From an uncultured Poribacteria bacterium (GTDB lineage Bacteria; Poribacteria; WGA-4E; WGA-3G), in NCBI GenBank assembly GCA_958295855.1, contig OY282383.1, positions 106,707-170,706 of the forward strand: a stretch of DNA of 64,000 nt, given 5' to 3'. Both the position numbers and the translations under genes were made by a program. The stretch's first letter is position 1, and each line of letters starts with the position of its first letter. Below, in pieces: positions 1 through 10,031 of this stretch. The notes beneath the pieces are model-generated. The model had not been told where the DNA came from and did not search any database. It saw nothing but the letters and a program-made list of their open reading frames with translations.

Positions 1-303
1 GCATCTCTCCATAAAATCGGCTTGGACACAGGAGAAGACTACGGTCGCGATATATGCAAGGGAGAGGTCAATTTGGATTTTGACAAGCGTCTTGCGGATG
101 ATTTCCGTGCCCTTGTGTCATTTCTACACCGTGATGTTTCTGAACAAGAAATTGCCTATTTACTCCTGTCAAACGGGAATATTGAGGTAACTCGCCTACT
201 AGAATATGCTGATGTTGTCGCGCGGTTAATGGATGAAGTTCGTGCTTGGCTTCGAGACAAAGCTACTGATGAGATTAAGCGACGTGCGGGTTTAGTATCT
301 TAA
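1..303 (+). CDS. C-terminal part of a hypothetical protein that runs off the left edge
   Basis: Frame 1 is open from nt 1 to the TAA at 301-303, so the TTG at 22 in the ORF track is probably internal. The stop lies 12 nt before the TatD-like start, which suggests co-transcription. No family recognised. Confidence 0.4.
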   Translation, partial: ASLHKIGLDTGEDYGRDICKGEVNLDFDKRLADDFRALVSFLHRDVSEQEIAYLLLSNGNIEVTRLLEYADVVARLMDEVRAWLRDKATDEIKRRAGLVS

Positions 304-315
304 ATAGGTGACTTT

Positions 316-1062
316 ATGTTAGATACGCATTGCCATATCGATCTTTATCAGGATCCTCATGCTATTGCAAAAGAGATAGAGAGGCAAGGAATTCTAACAA
401 TCGCTGTTACAAATCTGCCAAGCCACTTTGAAATAGGCCAACCTCATCTTCGAGGATTTCGGCAAATTCGACAATCTCTCGGCTTACATCCCTTGATGGC
501 AGAATACCATAAGAAAGAACGCTCGAAATTCAAGCAGATGGTCCCAATGACTTCTTATATAGGGGAAGTTGGCTTAGATTTTTCAAGGGCAGGACGAGAC
601 ACGAAAGATGTTCAAATTGAAAGTTTACGGTTCGTTTTTAAGGAAATACAGGACAGACCGAGATTTGTTAGTCTACATTCGCGTGGTGCCGAAAGTAAAG
701 TGCTAGAGTTGCTGCAAGAATTCAATATACAGGGAGCAGTCTTTCACTGGTACAGCGGTCCGTTAATCGTTCTAGATCAAACCGTTCAGTCTGGGCACTA
801 TTTTTCCGTTAACCTGTCCATGGTACGTTCGAAGAAAGGCAGAAGCATTATAGATCGAATTCCATCAAATCGAATTCTCACGGAATCGGACGGCCCCCAC
901 ATTCAATTAAGAAATCGACCGGCACGACCGACAGACATCAAGGTTGTTTTAGAAGTTTTAGGAGATATTTGGGGACTGTCCTTTGAAGAGAGCAAAGCAC
1001 AGGTCATGTCTAACTTTATGAAGTTGATCGTTCCTATTCGAGAACAAGCACCTCGTTCTTAA
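316..1062 (+). CDS. TatD-family metal-dependent hydrolase / DNase
   Basis: N-terminal MLDTHCHIDLY (HxH metal motif), an internal GEVGLDF, a HSR..., and a C-terminal TESDGP, which is the typical TatD_DNase layout. 248 aa. Confidence 0.85.
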   Translation: MLDTHCHIDLYQDPHAIAKEIERQGILTIAVTNLPSHFEIGQPHLRGFRQIRQSLGLHPLMAEYHKKERSKFKQMVPMTSYIGEVGLDFSRAGRDTKDVQIESLRFVFKEIQDRPRFVSLHSRGAESKVLELLQEFNIQGAVFHWYSGPLIVLDQTVQSGHYFSVNLSMVRSKKGRSIIDRIPSNRILTESDGPHIQLRNRPARPTDIKVVLEVLGDIWGLSFEESKAQVMSNFMKLIVPIREQAPRS

Positions 1063-1180
1063 GTCACCTACTGCTCTGTCCCAGCGGAAAAACAATCCGA
1101 ATCCGCCCCTACGAACCACACACACCGCCATGCCTGCATTCGGGATGGAAACCTGTTTCTAGAAAACCGTTCCATCTCCT

Positions 1181-1760
1181 CGTGCCTACCCTCCTCCTTG
1201 TCTGAATCACGGATGACGCGGATGACGCGGAGAAGAGAGACACTCTTAAAATCCGCGCACTCTGCGGTATCCGTGATAATCCGCGATTCAGATGGAACCT
1301 TAGCCCCAGCGGGGCGAAAGGTGTTGCGAGACACATACCGCCCCTACGGGGCTTTGGACGCGGGACGCGCTGCGCGGCTATACACATACCGCCCCTACGG
1401 GGCTTTGGACAGGGGACGCGTCGCGATGCTATACACATACCGCCCCGCTGGGGCTTTGGACATGGGACGCGCTGCGATACTATACACCTTTCGCCCCGCT
1501 GGGGCTTTGGACATGGGACGCGTCGCGCTGCTCCTCTTTAGCCCTGTCAGGGCGACATGTGTATAGCCGCGCGTGCCTACCCTCCTCTTTAGCCCCAGCG
1601 GGGCGAAAGGTGTATAGCACTTGTCTGAATCACAGATTACGCGGAATTACGCGGAATTACGCGGAGAAGAGAGAGACCCTTAAAATCCGCGTTTATCCGT
1701 GTACTCCGTGAAAATCCGCGATTCAGACGAAAAAATAATCCGTGATCGCAATTCAGACAA
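1181..1760. repeat. Complex nested repeat block between convergent genes: two MITE-like units with terminal inverted repeats flank a 51-bp tandem array
   Basis: Unit 1 spans about 1199-1294 and unit 2 about 1622-1729. Both start with tgtctgaatcac and end with atccgcgattcaga(c/t), so gtctgaatc/gattcagac form inverted termini. Internal 9-bp tandems (gatgacgcg x2; ttacgcgga(a) x3) are present. The flanking hairpin agccccagcggggcgaaaggtgtata occurs at about 1301-1325 and 1590-1616. Confidence 0.8.
1331..1535. repeat. Tandem repeat, 4 units of 51 bp
   Basis: acacataccgcccctacggggctttggac... recurs at 1331, 1382, 1433 and 1484. Each unit holds a short hairpin (gcccctacggggc or gccccgctggggc). All parts of the units are similar to each other, so there are no spacers. 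Confidence 0.85.
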
Positions 1761-1781
1761 TAAGGAAAACACACGACTCCC

Positions 1782-4700
1782 TCACACCACCATGCCTGCA
1801 TCCCGATACGTCCGCTGAATCAATGCTATCTCCGCATCCGTCAACCCATACAACTCATACACCAACACATCTATCTCCCGCTCAATGGCACGCACCCCAT
1901 CGCTTTCCGGGGCCGCCACTATCTGTTTAACCCGACGCGATAATGCTGCTTTCTGGGGCACAGTCCGGTCCGCTATCGGGACATGCCGCATATATTGCGC
2001 GAAAAAACGCAAGCCACCACCCGCCCATGGGTCGTTGAGACTCTGAAATTTATGGCGCGCATACCAATCAAGCAGTTTACTGTTTAAAATAGCAAGCAGG
2101 GAAAGATCATCAGTAGATAAAATATAGGCAGTTTGTAAGCAATACGCCTTTGTCGTATCATAGCATGCACGCATGAACGGACTAAGATCTGGATAGACAA
2201 TTTTCGGTTTTTCAAACTCGGCATAATAGGCCGTGTTCGCTTGGATTTCATACCATTTGTAACTGCCCATCGCCCTGCCGTGCTTTTGCCCGCGACTTTT
2301 CTTTGGTTGCAAATCCATTCTATATTGGCTCAGATACCGCTTAATCGCAGGATACTGTTCGATGTCAATACCCTGCCGAGTGAAAATCAGATAATACCCC
2401 GTGTTTTCCGTTTTCCACTTTTTAAGGTTGCGCCCTCTCAGCACCGGTTTTATGAGTTCCTCGCTTCTGGGATGCTCAGCAATCAACTGCTGCCGCACGG
2501 ATTCCCCAATGATAAACGCAGCGTTGCATCCTGTCACCACACCTCGATAGAAACTTCCCTCCACACATTCTCCCAGGACCGTGCCTGTCTGTTGCAGTTT
2601 TTCAAGGAGTCTAAGTCCCTCCGACGATGTCAATGCCCATCCGGCTGGTGATAAGTCACGGGCATGCATAGGAATCGCGAGTTCTTGAAACGCGTCAGAG
2701 AGACGAGGGATGTCGGCTTTGTCTCGAAAAGTCGCAGCGGAAAATGCCGCTCCACTCGGTTCAGCGTTTTCAATGAGGACGATACAGGTGTTCACGCCTG
2801 CCTTAAAAACGGAGACGCTGCCAAAATCAAGCAGTCTGTGAAGACACACTTTACCGGTAAAGAACTCACGGAGTTTCTTGCCATACCCTGCGCGTAGAAA
2901 CTTATTGGAGGAGATGTAAGTGAGGACTCCCCCCGCGCGTAGCAGTTCAGTGCCACGTTTGTAGAAATAGACATAAAAATCGGTTTTACCTGTAAAGACT
3001 TCCGGAAAGAGCCGCTTTAAAGTCGGTTTAATCGGTATGATGAGTTCCTGTCGCACATAAGGCGGGTTGCCGATGACAATATCAAATCCGCCCGCTTGGA
3101 ACACCTCTGAAAACTCCACCTGCCAGATAAAGCCATCAGCGTCCGCTTGCCAGCCCTGAACGTTTTCCTTGAGGGCTGCGATGGCTTCTCGGAGGTGCTG
3201 TTTCTCAGCATCGGTGTGCGTCACCAGATAGGCCGCTTGATGTTCCTGGAGCTCCTGAATCAAGGAGCGCTCGAGGCTCATCTGTTCCGGTGCAGGCCCC
3301 GTCAAACTATCCCCCGTTGCAACCTTATAGTCTAAGTTCGGCAGCGGCTCTGGCATGTCCCCTTCATAATCCACCGCGAGGCTTAACCATAAGCGGAGCA
3401 TGGCAATGTTGACAGCGAATTCATCTTTGTCCACACCGTAAAGGTTGTTCTGAATGATGTCGAGTTTGCGGTGATACGTTGTTCTGGCATCAATCCGATT
3501 GCTTTTAAAGAGCGCGTCTCGCAAGCGGAGCAATTCGCTCATCATGCCGAGGAGGTAGGCACCACTCCCACACGCCGGGTCGCAGATACGCAGCGTTTGT
3601 AGCACCTGTAATACCTTCTCTGGGTTCCGAATTGCTGTCGCATCGCCCTCATCGACAAATGCCTGGAGGCATTCCGCTGTCTCATCGGTTTTATTGCGGA
3701 GACAGATTTTCAGGCTCTCTCGGCACATGAAGGAGACGACAGTCCGCGGGGTGTAGTAGCTGCCCGTGTCGTGCCTGCCGGTCACGAGTTCTTCAAACAC
3801 CTTTCCGAGCATCTCCGGGTCGACGGCGACTTCAATGTCGAGCGGCGTGGATTCTGTCACGGTGAAGTTGTATCGCTCAAACAGGTTCAGGATGTCAGCA
3901 AAGGTGTCGTTTGGGATATGGACAGCGTTGCGCCCATCGTGTTCCTGCATCTCAAAGAGCCCGCCATTGAGAAAGGGGACATCTCCCCTGCGTTCTGCAA
4001 GCTCAGGGGAGTCGTGTGGTAGCTCCGCCGCCGTGCCGAGTCCATAAAAGAATGCCCAATAGAGCCGGTCATTGAGAAAACTCTCAGTCACAGTAGCAGG
4101 CACACTCCGTGTGCCGTCCGCATCATCAGTCGCATCAAAGAGCGCGCGCAAATAATCGCGGCTGCCGTTGTAGGTGAGCCATCCCTTCTTTTCAATAAAA
4201 CGCAGGAACATCAGTCGGTTAAAGAGGCGTTGTGTATAGAGCCGCCGTTGTGCTTTACCGCGCAGCGACGTGTGCTCACGACTGTCGAGGGCATTTTCTA
4301 CTTGTGCAAAGACGCGTTGGTAATCGTCGAAGAATTTCTCTGTGACGGCTTCCACATCAAACGCCTTTGGCCATGCTTTCAGCCATGCCGCGTCATCTGA
4401 AAACCCCGTGCTTGGAAAAGCGAGTGCGGGGAGGTTATATTCACAGAGGGTGCGGATGTGGGTGTCTCCTTGTTCCCAGGAGAAGATGGTAAGCACAGCG
4501 CGTCGCCAGGTTGTGGTAGCCGCAAAATGTGCAAAGGCAAAGCGTTGATAGTCAGCAGTGGTGCAGATAAAAAGAAGTTGGTCGTGTGCCCAGGCGGGGA
4601 GGCTCGGGTCTCTGTCTCGCCTTTCTACAAGTCCACGGAGGACGCGTCGGAGTGCGGTGCGATAGATGGAGTCACTGCGGAATTGAACGAAAAAGATGCC

Positions 4701-4949
4701 CCAGGGCTGCGTGCTTTCCGAAAATTCAAACGCGAATTGATTGGTTGGAAAGGGTGGGAGTTGCTGGCAGTCAATGAGCCGTTTTTCTGTGGGTTCATCC
4801 AGGTCGAGTTCTTCGGCGGCCCAGGGGAAGGCGATGTCTTCGAGTTCAACGTCTTCGGGGATGGGCCATTGTAGTTTGTCGCGCAAAAAGTCTAAGAGGG
4901 TGTCAAAGTCATGGATGTTGTGCATGTCGTCTGGTGTTATTTGGGGCAT
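1782..4949 (-). CDS. Eco57I/type IIG-like N6-adenine DNA methyltransferase with a TaqI-like C-terminal specificity domain
   Basis: Motif I is DPACGSGAYLL and motif IV is GNPPYVRQ. The C-terminal region has YKWYEIQ...FEKPKIVYPD and ends in VYELYGLTDAEIALI, as in Eco57I-family RM methylases. 1055 aa. No clear nuclease motif seen. Confidence 0.8.
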   Translation of the reverse strand: MPQITPDDMHNIHDFDTLLDFLRDKLQWPIPEDVELEDIAFPWAAEELDLDEPTEKRLIDCQQLPPFPTNQFAFEFSESTQPWGIFFVQFRSDSIYRTALRRVLRGLVERRDRDPSLPAWAHDQLLFICTTADYQRFAFAHFAATTTWRRAVLTIFSWEQGDTHIRTLCEYNLPALAFPSTGFSDDAAWLKAWPKAFDVEAVTEKFFDDYQRVFAQVENALDSREHTSLRGKAQRRLYTQRLFNRLMFLRFIEKKGWLTYNGSRDYLRALFDATDDADGTRSVPATVTESFLNDRLYWAFFYGLGTAAELPHDSPELAERRGDVPFLNGGLFEMQEHDGRNAVHIPNDTFADILNLFERYNFTVTESTPLDIEVAVDPEMLGKVFEELVTGRHDTGSYYTPRTVVSFMCRESLKICLRNKTDETAECLQAFVDEGDATAIRNPEKVLQVLQTLRICDPACGSGAYLLGMMSELLRLRDALFKSNRIDARTTYHRKLDIIQNNLYGVDKDEFAVNIAMLRLWLSLAVDYEGDMPEPLPNLDYKVATGDSLTGPAPEQMSLERSLIQELQEHQAAYLVTHTDAEKQHLREAIAALKENVQGWQADADGFIWQVEFSEVFQAGGFDIVIGNPPYVRQELIIPIKPTLKRLFPEVFTGKTDFYVYFYKRGTELLRAGGVLTYISSNKFLRAGYGKKLREFFTGKVCLHRLLDFGSVSVFKAGVNTCIVLIENAEPSGAAFSAATFRDKADIPRLSDAFQELAIPMHARDLSPAGWALTSSEGLRLLEKLQQTGTVLGECVEGSFYRGVVTGCNAAFIIGESVRQQLIAEHPRSEELIKPVLRGRNLKKWKTENTGYYLIFTRQGIDIEQYPAIKRYLSQYRMDLQPKKSRGQKHGRAMGSYKWYEIQANTAYYAEFEKPKIVYPDLSPFMRACYDTTKAYCLQTAYILSTDDLSLLAILNSKLLDWYARHKFQSLNDPWAGGGLRFFAQYMRHVPIADRTVPQKAALSRRVKQIVAAPESDGVRAIEREIDVLVYELYGLTDAEIALIQRTYRDAGMVV

Positions 4950-5050
4950 TGGGTTTCCTCCATTTTTTAGGATACATTGAATCGACTAAGAAGTCAAGGT
5001 TTTTTTTCATTGGTTTCGAGCTAATGCCCCGAGTTCTCGAAAACAAATGC

Positions 5051-5079
5051 TTGCATTAAAACGCAATTTATTGTATGCT
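5051..5079 (+). promoter_or_regulatory. Candidate sigma70-type promoter for the sugar-kinase operon
   Basis: TTGCAT (5051-5056), a 17-nt spacer, then TATGCT (5074-5079), about 30 nt upstream of the ATG at 5109. Confidence 0.35.
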
Positions 5080-5108
5080 ATTCGTATCCTATATCAAGGA
5101 GAGAATGT

Positions 5109-6614
5109 ATGAGTCTTTTGGGTATTGATGTTGGCACAACGGGATGCAAAGTCATCGCATTTCGCGAGGACGGTGACATCCTCGCGCAGGCGTACGGTGA
5201 GTATCCGTTGATACATCCGCAACCCGGTCAGTCGGAGCTGGATGCACGTGTTGTCTGGGACAACATAGCCGATGGCATCCGGGCGGTTGCGACGCAAACG
5301 AAATCGGATCCGATTGAAGCGATTAGTGTTGCATCGCAAGGCGAAGCGGTGACACCGATTTCAGCCACTGGCGAAATCTTGGCAAACGCAATTACGACTT
5401 TTGATGCTCGCACATCTGGCATGTGCGAAGAATTGATGCAATTTATTAGCCCTTTGGAAGTGATGCAAATCACTGGCATGCCGCCCAGCGATATTCACAC
5501 GCTTCCGAAACTCTTATGGATGCAACGTAATCAGCCGGACATGTATCGGCAGGTGTGGAAATTCCTCGGCTTTGAGGATTTCGTCTATTTCAAACTCGGC
5601 CTGCCACCTGTGGTTGACTATTCGCTTGCAGCGCGCACCATGGCGTTTGACATTATCACCAAATCCTGGTCGGAAAAGATGCTCGGCTTGGCGGATGTAG
5701 ATGCAGTCCTCTTGCCTGACACCGCACCCTCAGGGACTATCATCGGCGAGGTGGGCGCGAAGGTGGCAGACTCACTCGGCTTGCCGAAGGGTGTCGTTGG
5801 TGTCACAGGCGGGCACGACCAGCCGTGTGGTGCATTGGGCGCAGGTATCATTCGCAGTGGCGAAGTCATGGACGCAACAGGCACCGTCGAATGTATCGCC
5901 CCCGCCTTTACGGAACCTGTCATTAACCAACAGATGATAGATGGGAATTTCGCGTGCTACCCACACGTTGTGGATGGGCTTTATGTTACGTTAGGGTTTG
6001 TCTCTAGCGGCGGCGTTGTGTTGAGATGGTATCGGGACACCCTCGCGCAAGCAGAAGTCGCACAAGCGGCGGCAGCGGGGCGCGATGTCTATGATGTTCT
6101 GCTTGAAGAAATGCCTGATTCGCCTGCCACAGCGATGTTGCTCCCACACTTCACCGGCTCAGGCACTCCCCATCTAGATCTGGAATCAAAGGGTGCAATT
6201 GTTGGGTTAACGCTTTCAACTACCAAAGGCGAGTTGGTTAAGGCGATACTTGAAGGCATCAGTTATGAAATTAAACAGAATCTCACTATGTTGCAGGATG
6301 CAGGCGTTGTGATAAACGAAATCCGAGCCATCGGTGGGGGTGCGAAATCGGAAAAATGGCTGCAACTCAAAGCAGACATGTTCGGCAAAAAGGTTATTGC
6401 ACTTGATATATCAGAAGGGGTATGTCTTGGAACTGCCATCTTATCCGGCACAGCCATCGGCAAGTATCACAGCATTGAGACAGCAGTCGACCAATTGGTC
6501 ACGCCGCGTGAAACCTATTATCCCCGTGAGGAATTCACGCAACGTTACGATGAGAAGTTGAAAGTTTATGAACAGATTTATCCGGTACTGCGTACTCTCA
6601 ACTACGAATTGTAA
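5109..6614 (+). CDS. FGGY-family carbohydrate kinase (xylulokinase-like)
   Basis: N-terminal LGIDVGTTGCKVIAF, GHDQPCGALGAG, and a C-terminal GGGAKSEKWLQLKADMFG. 501 aa. RBS aaggagag before the ATG. Confidence 0.85.
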   Translation: MSLLGIDVGTTGCKVIAFREDGDILAQAYGEYPLIHPQPGQSELDARVVWDNIADGIRAVATQTKSDPIEAISVASQGEAVTPISATGEILANAITTFDARTSGMCEELMQFISPLEVMQITGMPPSDIHTLPKLLWMQRNQPDMYRQVWKFLGFEDFVYFKLGLPPVVDYSLAARTMAFDIITKSWSEKMLGLADVDAVLLPDTAPSGTIIGEVGAKVADSLGLPKGVVGVTGGHDQPCGALGAGIIRSGEVMDATGTVECIAPAFTEPVINQQMIDGNFACYPHVVDGLYVTLGFVSSGGVVLRWYRDTLAQAEVAQAAAAGRDVYDVLLEEMPDSPATAMLLPHFTGSGTPHLDLESKGAIVGLTLSTTKGELVKAILEGISYEIKQNLTMLQDAGVVINEIRAIGGGAKSEKWLQLKADMFGKKVIALDISEGVCLGTAILSGTAIGKYHSIETAVDQLVTPRETYYPREEFTQRYDEKLKVYEQIYPVLRTLNYEL

Positions 6615-6644
6615 TGTCGAAGCCACCGCCGTGAAAAACGACAG

Positions 6645-7610
6645 ATGGATGTCACTATGAAGAAACATGTCGTGGGCATTGACATCGGGGGTACTAAACT
6701 CGCGACCGTTGTTGCTGATGCCACAGGGAATATCCTCAGCAAAGTGCGCCAGCCAACGCTCGCAGAACAGGGCCCCGAATATGCTCTCCAACAGCTTTTT
6801 GAGATGGTTTACGAAACTCTTGCGCTGGCTGGCGTAGAACAAAGTGCCATGTCAGCGATAGGCGTGAGTTGTGGCGGGCCGTTGGATACGAAAACTGGGG
6901 TTGTCTATTCGCCCCCCAATTTACCGGGGTGGGATGCATTCCCGCTCAAAACACGGCTTGAATCGGAGTTTCAAGTTCCGGTGACGATTGAAAACGATGC
7001 CAATGCCAGTGCGCTCGCCGAATGGCGGTTCGGGGGCGGGCGAGGTTACGATGCGGTGCTCTATATGACAATGAGTACCGGTATCGGCGGCGGTATTGTG
7101 CTCAATGGGCGCATCTACCACGGTGCCAACGACAGCGCAGGCGAGGTGGGGCATCAAATACTCCTGCCGGATGGCCCGCGTTGTGGATGCGGAAAACGGG
7201 GATGCCTTGAAGCACTCTGTTCCGGACCTGCTATTGCTCGCCGCGCCAAAGATGCAATTCAGAAAAAACCAGCAACAGCAATCCTAACACTCGCTGGTGG
7301 ATGCATCGAACAAGTTAAATCCGAACACGTGCTTGAGGCAGCGCGACAGGGCGATGCAGTAGCACTGAAACTTGTGGAGGAGACAGCGTATTACATGGGC
7401 TGGGGCATCACGAACCTGGTGAACATTTTGAATCCTGACATCGTTCTACTCGGAACTATTGCAATGGCCGCCGGTGCTCTTTTGCTCGAGCCAATTCGGG
7501 AGACGGTAGCAGCACTTGCGATGGCACGCCCAGCCGATGCAGTCAAGATTATGCCTGCGCAGCTAGGTGAGACGCTCGGCGACCGCGCCGCTGTGGCATT
7601 AGTCGTCTGA
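6645..7610 (+). CDS. ROK-family sugar kinase (glucokinase-like)
   Basis: GIDIGGTKLATVV ATP motif, ENDANASALAE, and the ROK zinc motif GHQ...CGCGKRGCLEA. Confidence 0.85.
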   Translation: MDVTMKKHVVGIDIGGTKLATVVADATGNILSKVRQPTLAEQGPEYALQQLFEMVYETLALAGVEQSAMSAIGVSCGGPLDTKTGVVYSPPNLPGWDAFPLKTRLESEFQVPVTIENDANASALAEWRFGGGRGYDAVLYMTMSTGIGGGIVLNGRIYHGANDSAGEVGHQILLPDGPRCGCGKRGCLEALCSGPAIARRAKDAIQKKPATAILTLAGGCIEQVKSEHVLEAARQGDAVALKLVEETAYYMGWGITNLVNILNPDIVLLGTIAMAAGALLLEPIRETVAALAMARPADAVKIMPAQLGETLGDRAAVALVV

Positions 7611-7661
7611 GCAATTCTCCGCAAGGCATAACCAAAAAACAGAAAGGAACAAAAAATCGCA

Positions 7662-8237
7662 ATGGAAAGAATTCAGAAATATATCTCACATCTGCAAGAC
7701 GTTTTAGCGCGGTTAACGTTGGCAGATGTGCGGCGTTCCATAGATGTTATTATGGAAGCATATCACGCCGAGAAACAAATTTTTGTCATTGGGAACGGCG
7801 GTAGCGCGTCTACAGCATCACACATTGCTTGTGATTTGGGAAAAGGCACGAGCGTTCCCGGCAAACCCCGTTTTCGCGTCATCAGTTTAACGGATAACGT
7901 CGCAACGATGACCGCGTGGTCGAATGATGTCTCCTACGAAGATGTTTTTGTCGAACAGCTCAAAAACCTTGTGAACCCGGGCGATGTGGTTCTCGGAATC
8001 AGTGCAATCGGCAATTCCGAGAATGTCCTTCGTGCGATGCAACACGCCGCCGACATCGGATGCAAAACAATCGGGTGGAGCGGATTCGGCGGCGGGAGGC
8101 TGGCAACGATTTGCGAAGTCAACGTCGTTGTTGACAGCGCCCTTTATGGGCCCGTTGAAGATGTCCATCTGATTTTGAACCATATCCTTCATGCGTGGAT
8201 TCAGGAAGAATTGACATTGCCGAGAAAAAGAGCCTAG
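7662..8237 (+). CDS. SIS-domain sugar-phosphate isomerase, GmhA-like (phosphoheptose isomerase family)
   Basis: 191 aa. VIGNGGSASTASHIACDL resembles the GmhA GNGGSA..A.H motif, and GISAIGNSENV resembles the SIS S-x-S-G-x-S loop. Confidence 0.75.
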   Translation: MERIQKYISHLQDVLARLTLADVRRSIDVIMEAYHAEKQIFVIGNGGSASTASHIACDLGKGTSVPGKPRFRVISLTDNVATMTAWSNDVSYEDVFVEQLKNLVNPGDVVLGISAIGNSENVLRAMQHAADIGCKTIGWSGFGGGRLATICEVNVVVDSALYGPVEDVHLILNHILHAWIQEELTLPRKRA

Positions 8238-8296
8238 TGAGGAGACCGCGGAAACGATGGAACAACGGAATATCTGTAAAAATTGTAGCAAATCCC

Positions 8297-8326
8297 TTGA
8301 CACACTATGCAACCTTAAGGTATACT
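8297..8326 (+). promoter_or_regulatory. Near-consensus sigma70-type promoter upstream of the NfeD/FloA operon
   Basis: TTGACA (8297-8302), an 18-nt spacer, then TATACT (8321-8326). Confidence 0.5.
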
Positions 8327-8406
8327 TATATCAAGCGTTCAATTTTCTAAAATGCGAAAAAACATTTCAAATCAAATTCACTTCAAACTGATAAGAGGTG
8401 ATTGAC

Positions 8407-9915
8407 ATGAAAGCCAAAAAAGATCTTGTGCGTTGCACGCTCCTCTTAATCGGATGCCTCTTCATAAAAGGTGGCGTATCCGCTGAGGACAGCGCACAGG
8501 TTTATGTCATTGACATCCGCAATGAAATTGGGACCGGCGTGGGCGCCTACATCAGCGAAGGCATTCGGGTAGCCGAGACTGCGGAAGCGGATGTGATTGT
8601 TTTTGATGTGGATACACCGGGCGGCCGCGTTGATTCCGCTGTCAATATTATCCGTGCCATTCAAGCAACACAGATTCCGACAATCGCCTTTGTCAACCGG
8701 CAAGCTATCTCCGCGGGCGCGATGATTTCCGCTGCCTGCTCGCAGATTGTCATGACATCGGGCGCAACCATCGGCGATTCAGCCCCTGTCAATCTGCAAG
8801 GAGAGGAAGCCGGTGAGAAGGCACTGTCCTATATTCGCGGCACGATTCGCGCAACCGCGGAACGGCAGGAGCGGAATCCCGATATCGCCGAGGCAATGGT
8901 TGACAAAGAACTCGTTCTCGTTAGGCTCCCTGATGGAATCATCGTCAAACTGCTCCCAGAAGAATATGCTGTACGAGAAGAAGCAGGCGAAGAAATGGAA
9001 ATCCTCTGCGCGCAAGGAAAACTGCTCACCTTATCAACAAAACAGGCACTTGAATATGGATTCGTGGACGCACAAGCAGAAACGCTAGGGCAGCTCCTCG
9101 TGCAATATCAGCTCGTTGAGAGTGAGGGTATCACGATGGCACTGACAGAGGAAGCCATCTTGCAAAAACAGAGTGAAGTCGGTGTCGCGCAAGTCACACT
9201 GCTGAAATCATTGGAGGGCGCGCGTGTGATTGAATTTGAGGCAACGCTTGCAGATAAGATCGTCTTTTTTCTCACCAGGCCCTACATCAGTTCACTGCTC
9301 CTGTCTTTGGGCATTCTGGGCATCTTTATGGAAATCCGTACCCCCGGTTTCGGCGTCCCTGGGTTCCTTGGATTGCTTTGCATCGGGTTATTCTTTGGCG
9401 GCCACATGCTGACGCAAATTGAAGCAGAGTGGGCACTCCTCGCCTTTATTATCGGAATCGCGTTAATCGCGTTGGAGGTTTTCGTTATTCCCGGGTTCGG
9501 CGTTGCAGGCATCATGGGAATTATATTGATGTTAGGAAGCGTTTTCTTCGTTTTCAACAAGGCGTACGATGTCGGTACTGCAGTCCAGTGGCTCTCAATC
9601 TCTGTCATTTTGACCTCGGGGCTCGCAATCCTTGCTGCTTACATGTTACCTAAAACGCAGGCGTTTCAAAGATTTGCTTTATCCACAGTCATGGACGCTG
9701 ATATGGGATACCACTCATCTAGCTTGGAAGATTTTCAAAGTTATGTAGGAAAAACGGGTACTGCCCTCACACCTTTGCGGCCCGCCGGTACGGCGCGCAT
9801 TGGCAACAAACGGTTGGATGTTGTCACAGTTGGTGACTTCATTGCACAAGAGAGTACTGTTAAGGTGCTAGAAGTCGAAGGTTCTAAGATTTTTGTGGAA
9901 GAAATTGAGGATTAA
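8407..9915 (+). CDS. NfeD-family membrane-bound serine protease (long form: ClpP-like domain, TM block and C-terminal OB)
   Basis: Signal peptide MKAKKDLVRCTLLLIGCLF. The ClpP-like region has DVDTPGGRVDSAV...ISAGAMIS, followed by a multi-TM block and a C-terminal GTALTPLRPAGTARIGNKRLDVVT. Start moved to the ATG at 8407, which follows agaggtg. Confidence 0.8.
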   Translation: MKAKKDLVRCTLLLIGCLFIKGGVSAEDSAQVYVIDIRNEIGTGVGAYISEGIRVAETAEADVIVFDVDTPGGRVDSAVNIIRAIQATQIPTIAFVNRQAISAGAMISAACSQIVMTSGATIGDSAPVNLQGEEAGEKALSYIRGTIRATAERQERNPDIAEAMVDKELVLVRLPDGIIVKLLPEEYAVREEAGEEMEILCAQGKLLTLSTKQALEYGFVDAQAETLGQLLVQYQLVESEGITMALTEEAILQKQSEVGVAQVTLLKSLEGARVIEFEATLADKIVFFLTRPYISSLLLSLGILGIFMEIRTPGFGVPGFLGLLCIGLFFGGHMLTQIEAEWALLAFIIGIALIALEVFVIPGFGVAGIMGIILMLGSVFFVFNKAYDVGTAVQWLSISVILTSGLAILAAYMLPKTQAFQRFALSTVMDADMGYHSSSLEDFQSYVGKTGTALTPLRPAGTARIGNKRLDVVTVGDFIAQESTVKVLEVEGSKIFVEEIED

Positions 9916-10031
9916 GCATTTTGATTTTTCGTGATGCGTTGCGGATAAGTATGAAAGCAAGATAGGGCTTACGAACACAGGTTAAATCTCGGTGGAGGTT
10001 TGTGCGGCAACCGGATTTAGGAGTAAAAAGA

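Noticed and set aside
1331-1535. Possible CRISPR array (regular 51-bp periodicity with a small hairpin).
   Set aside because: The would-be spacers are similar to each other in all four units. There are no unique spacers, no leader and no cas genes, so this is a plain tandem repeat.
1068-1566. Three overlapping ORFs (88, 109 and 122 aa) in the ORF track.
   Set aside because: They lie entirely in the tandem/palindromic repeat block. Their repetitive peptide sequences (for example RPYGALD repeated) are translation artefacts of the repeats.
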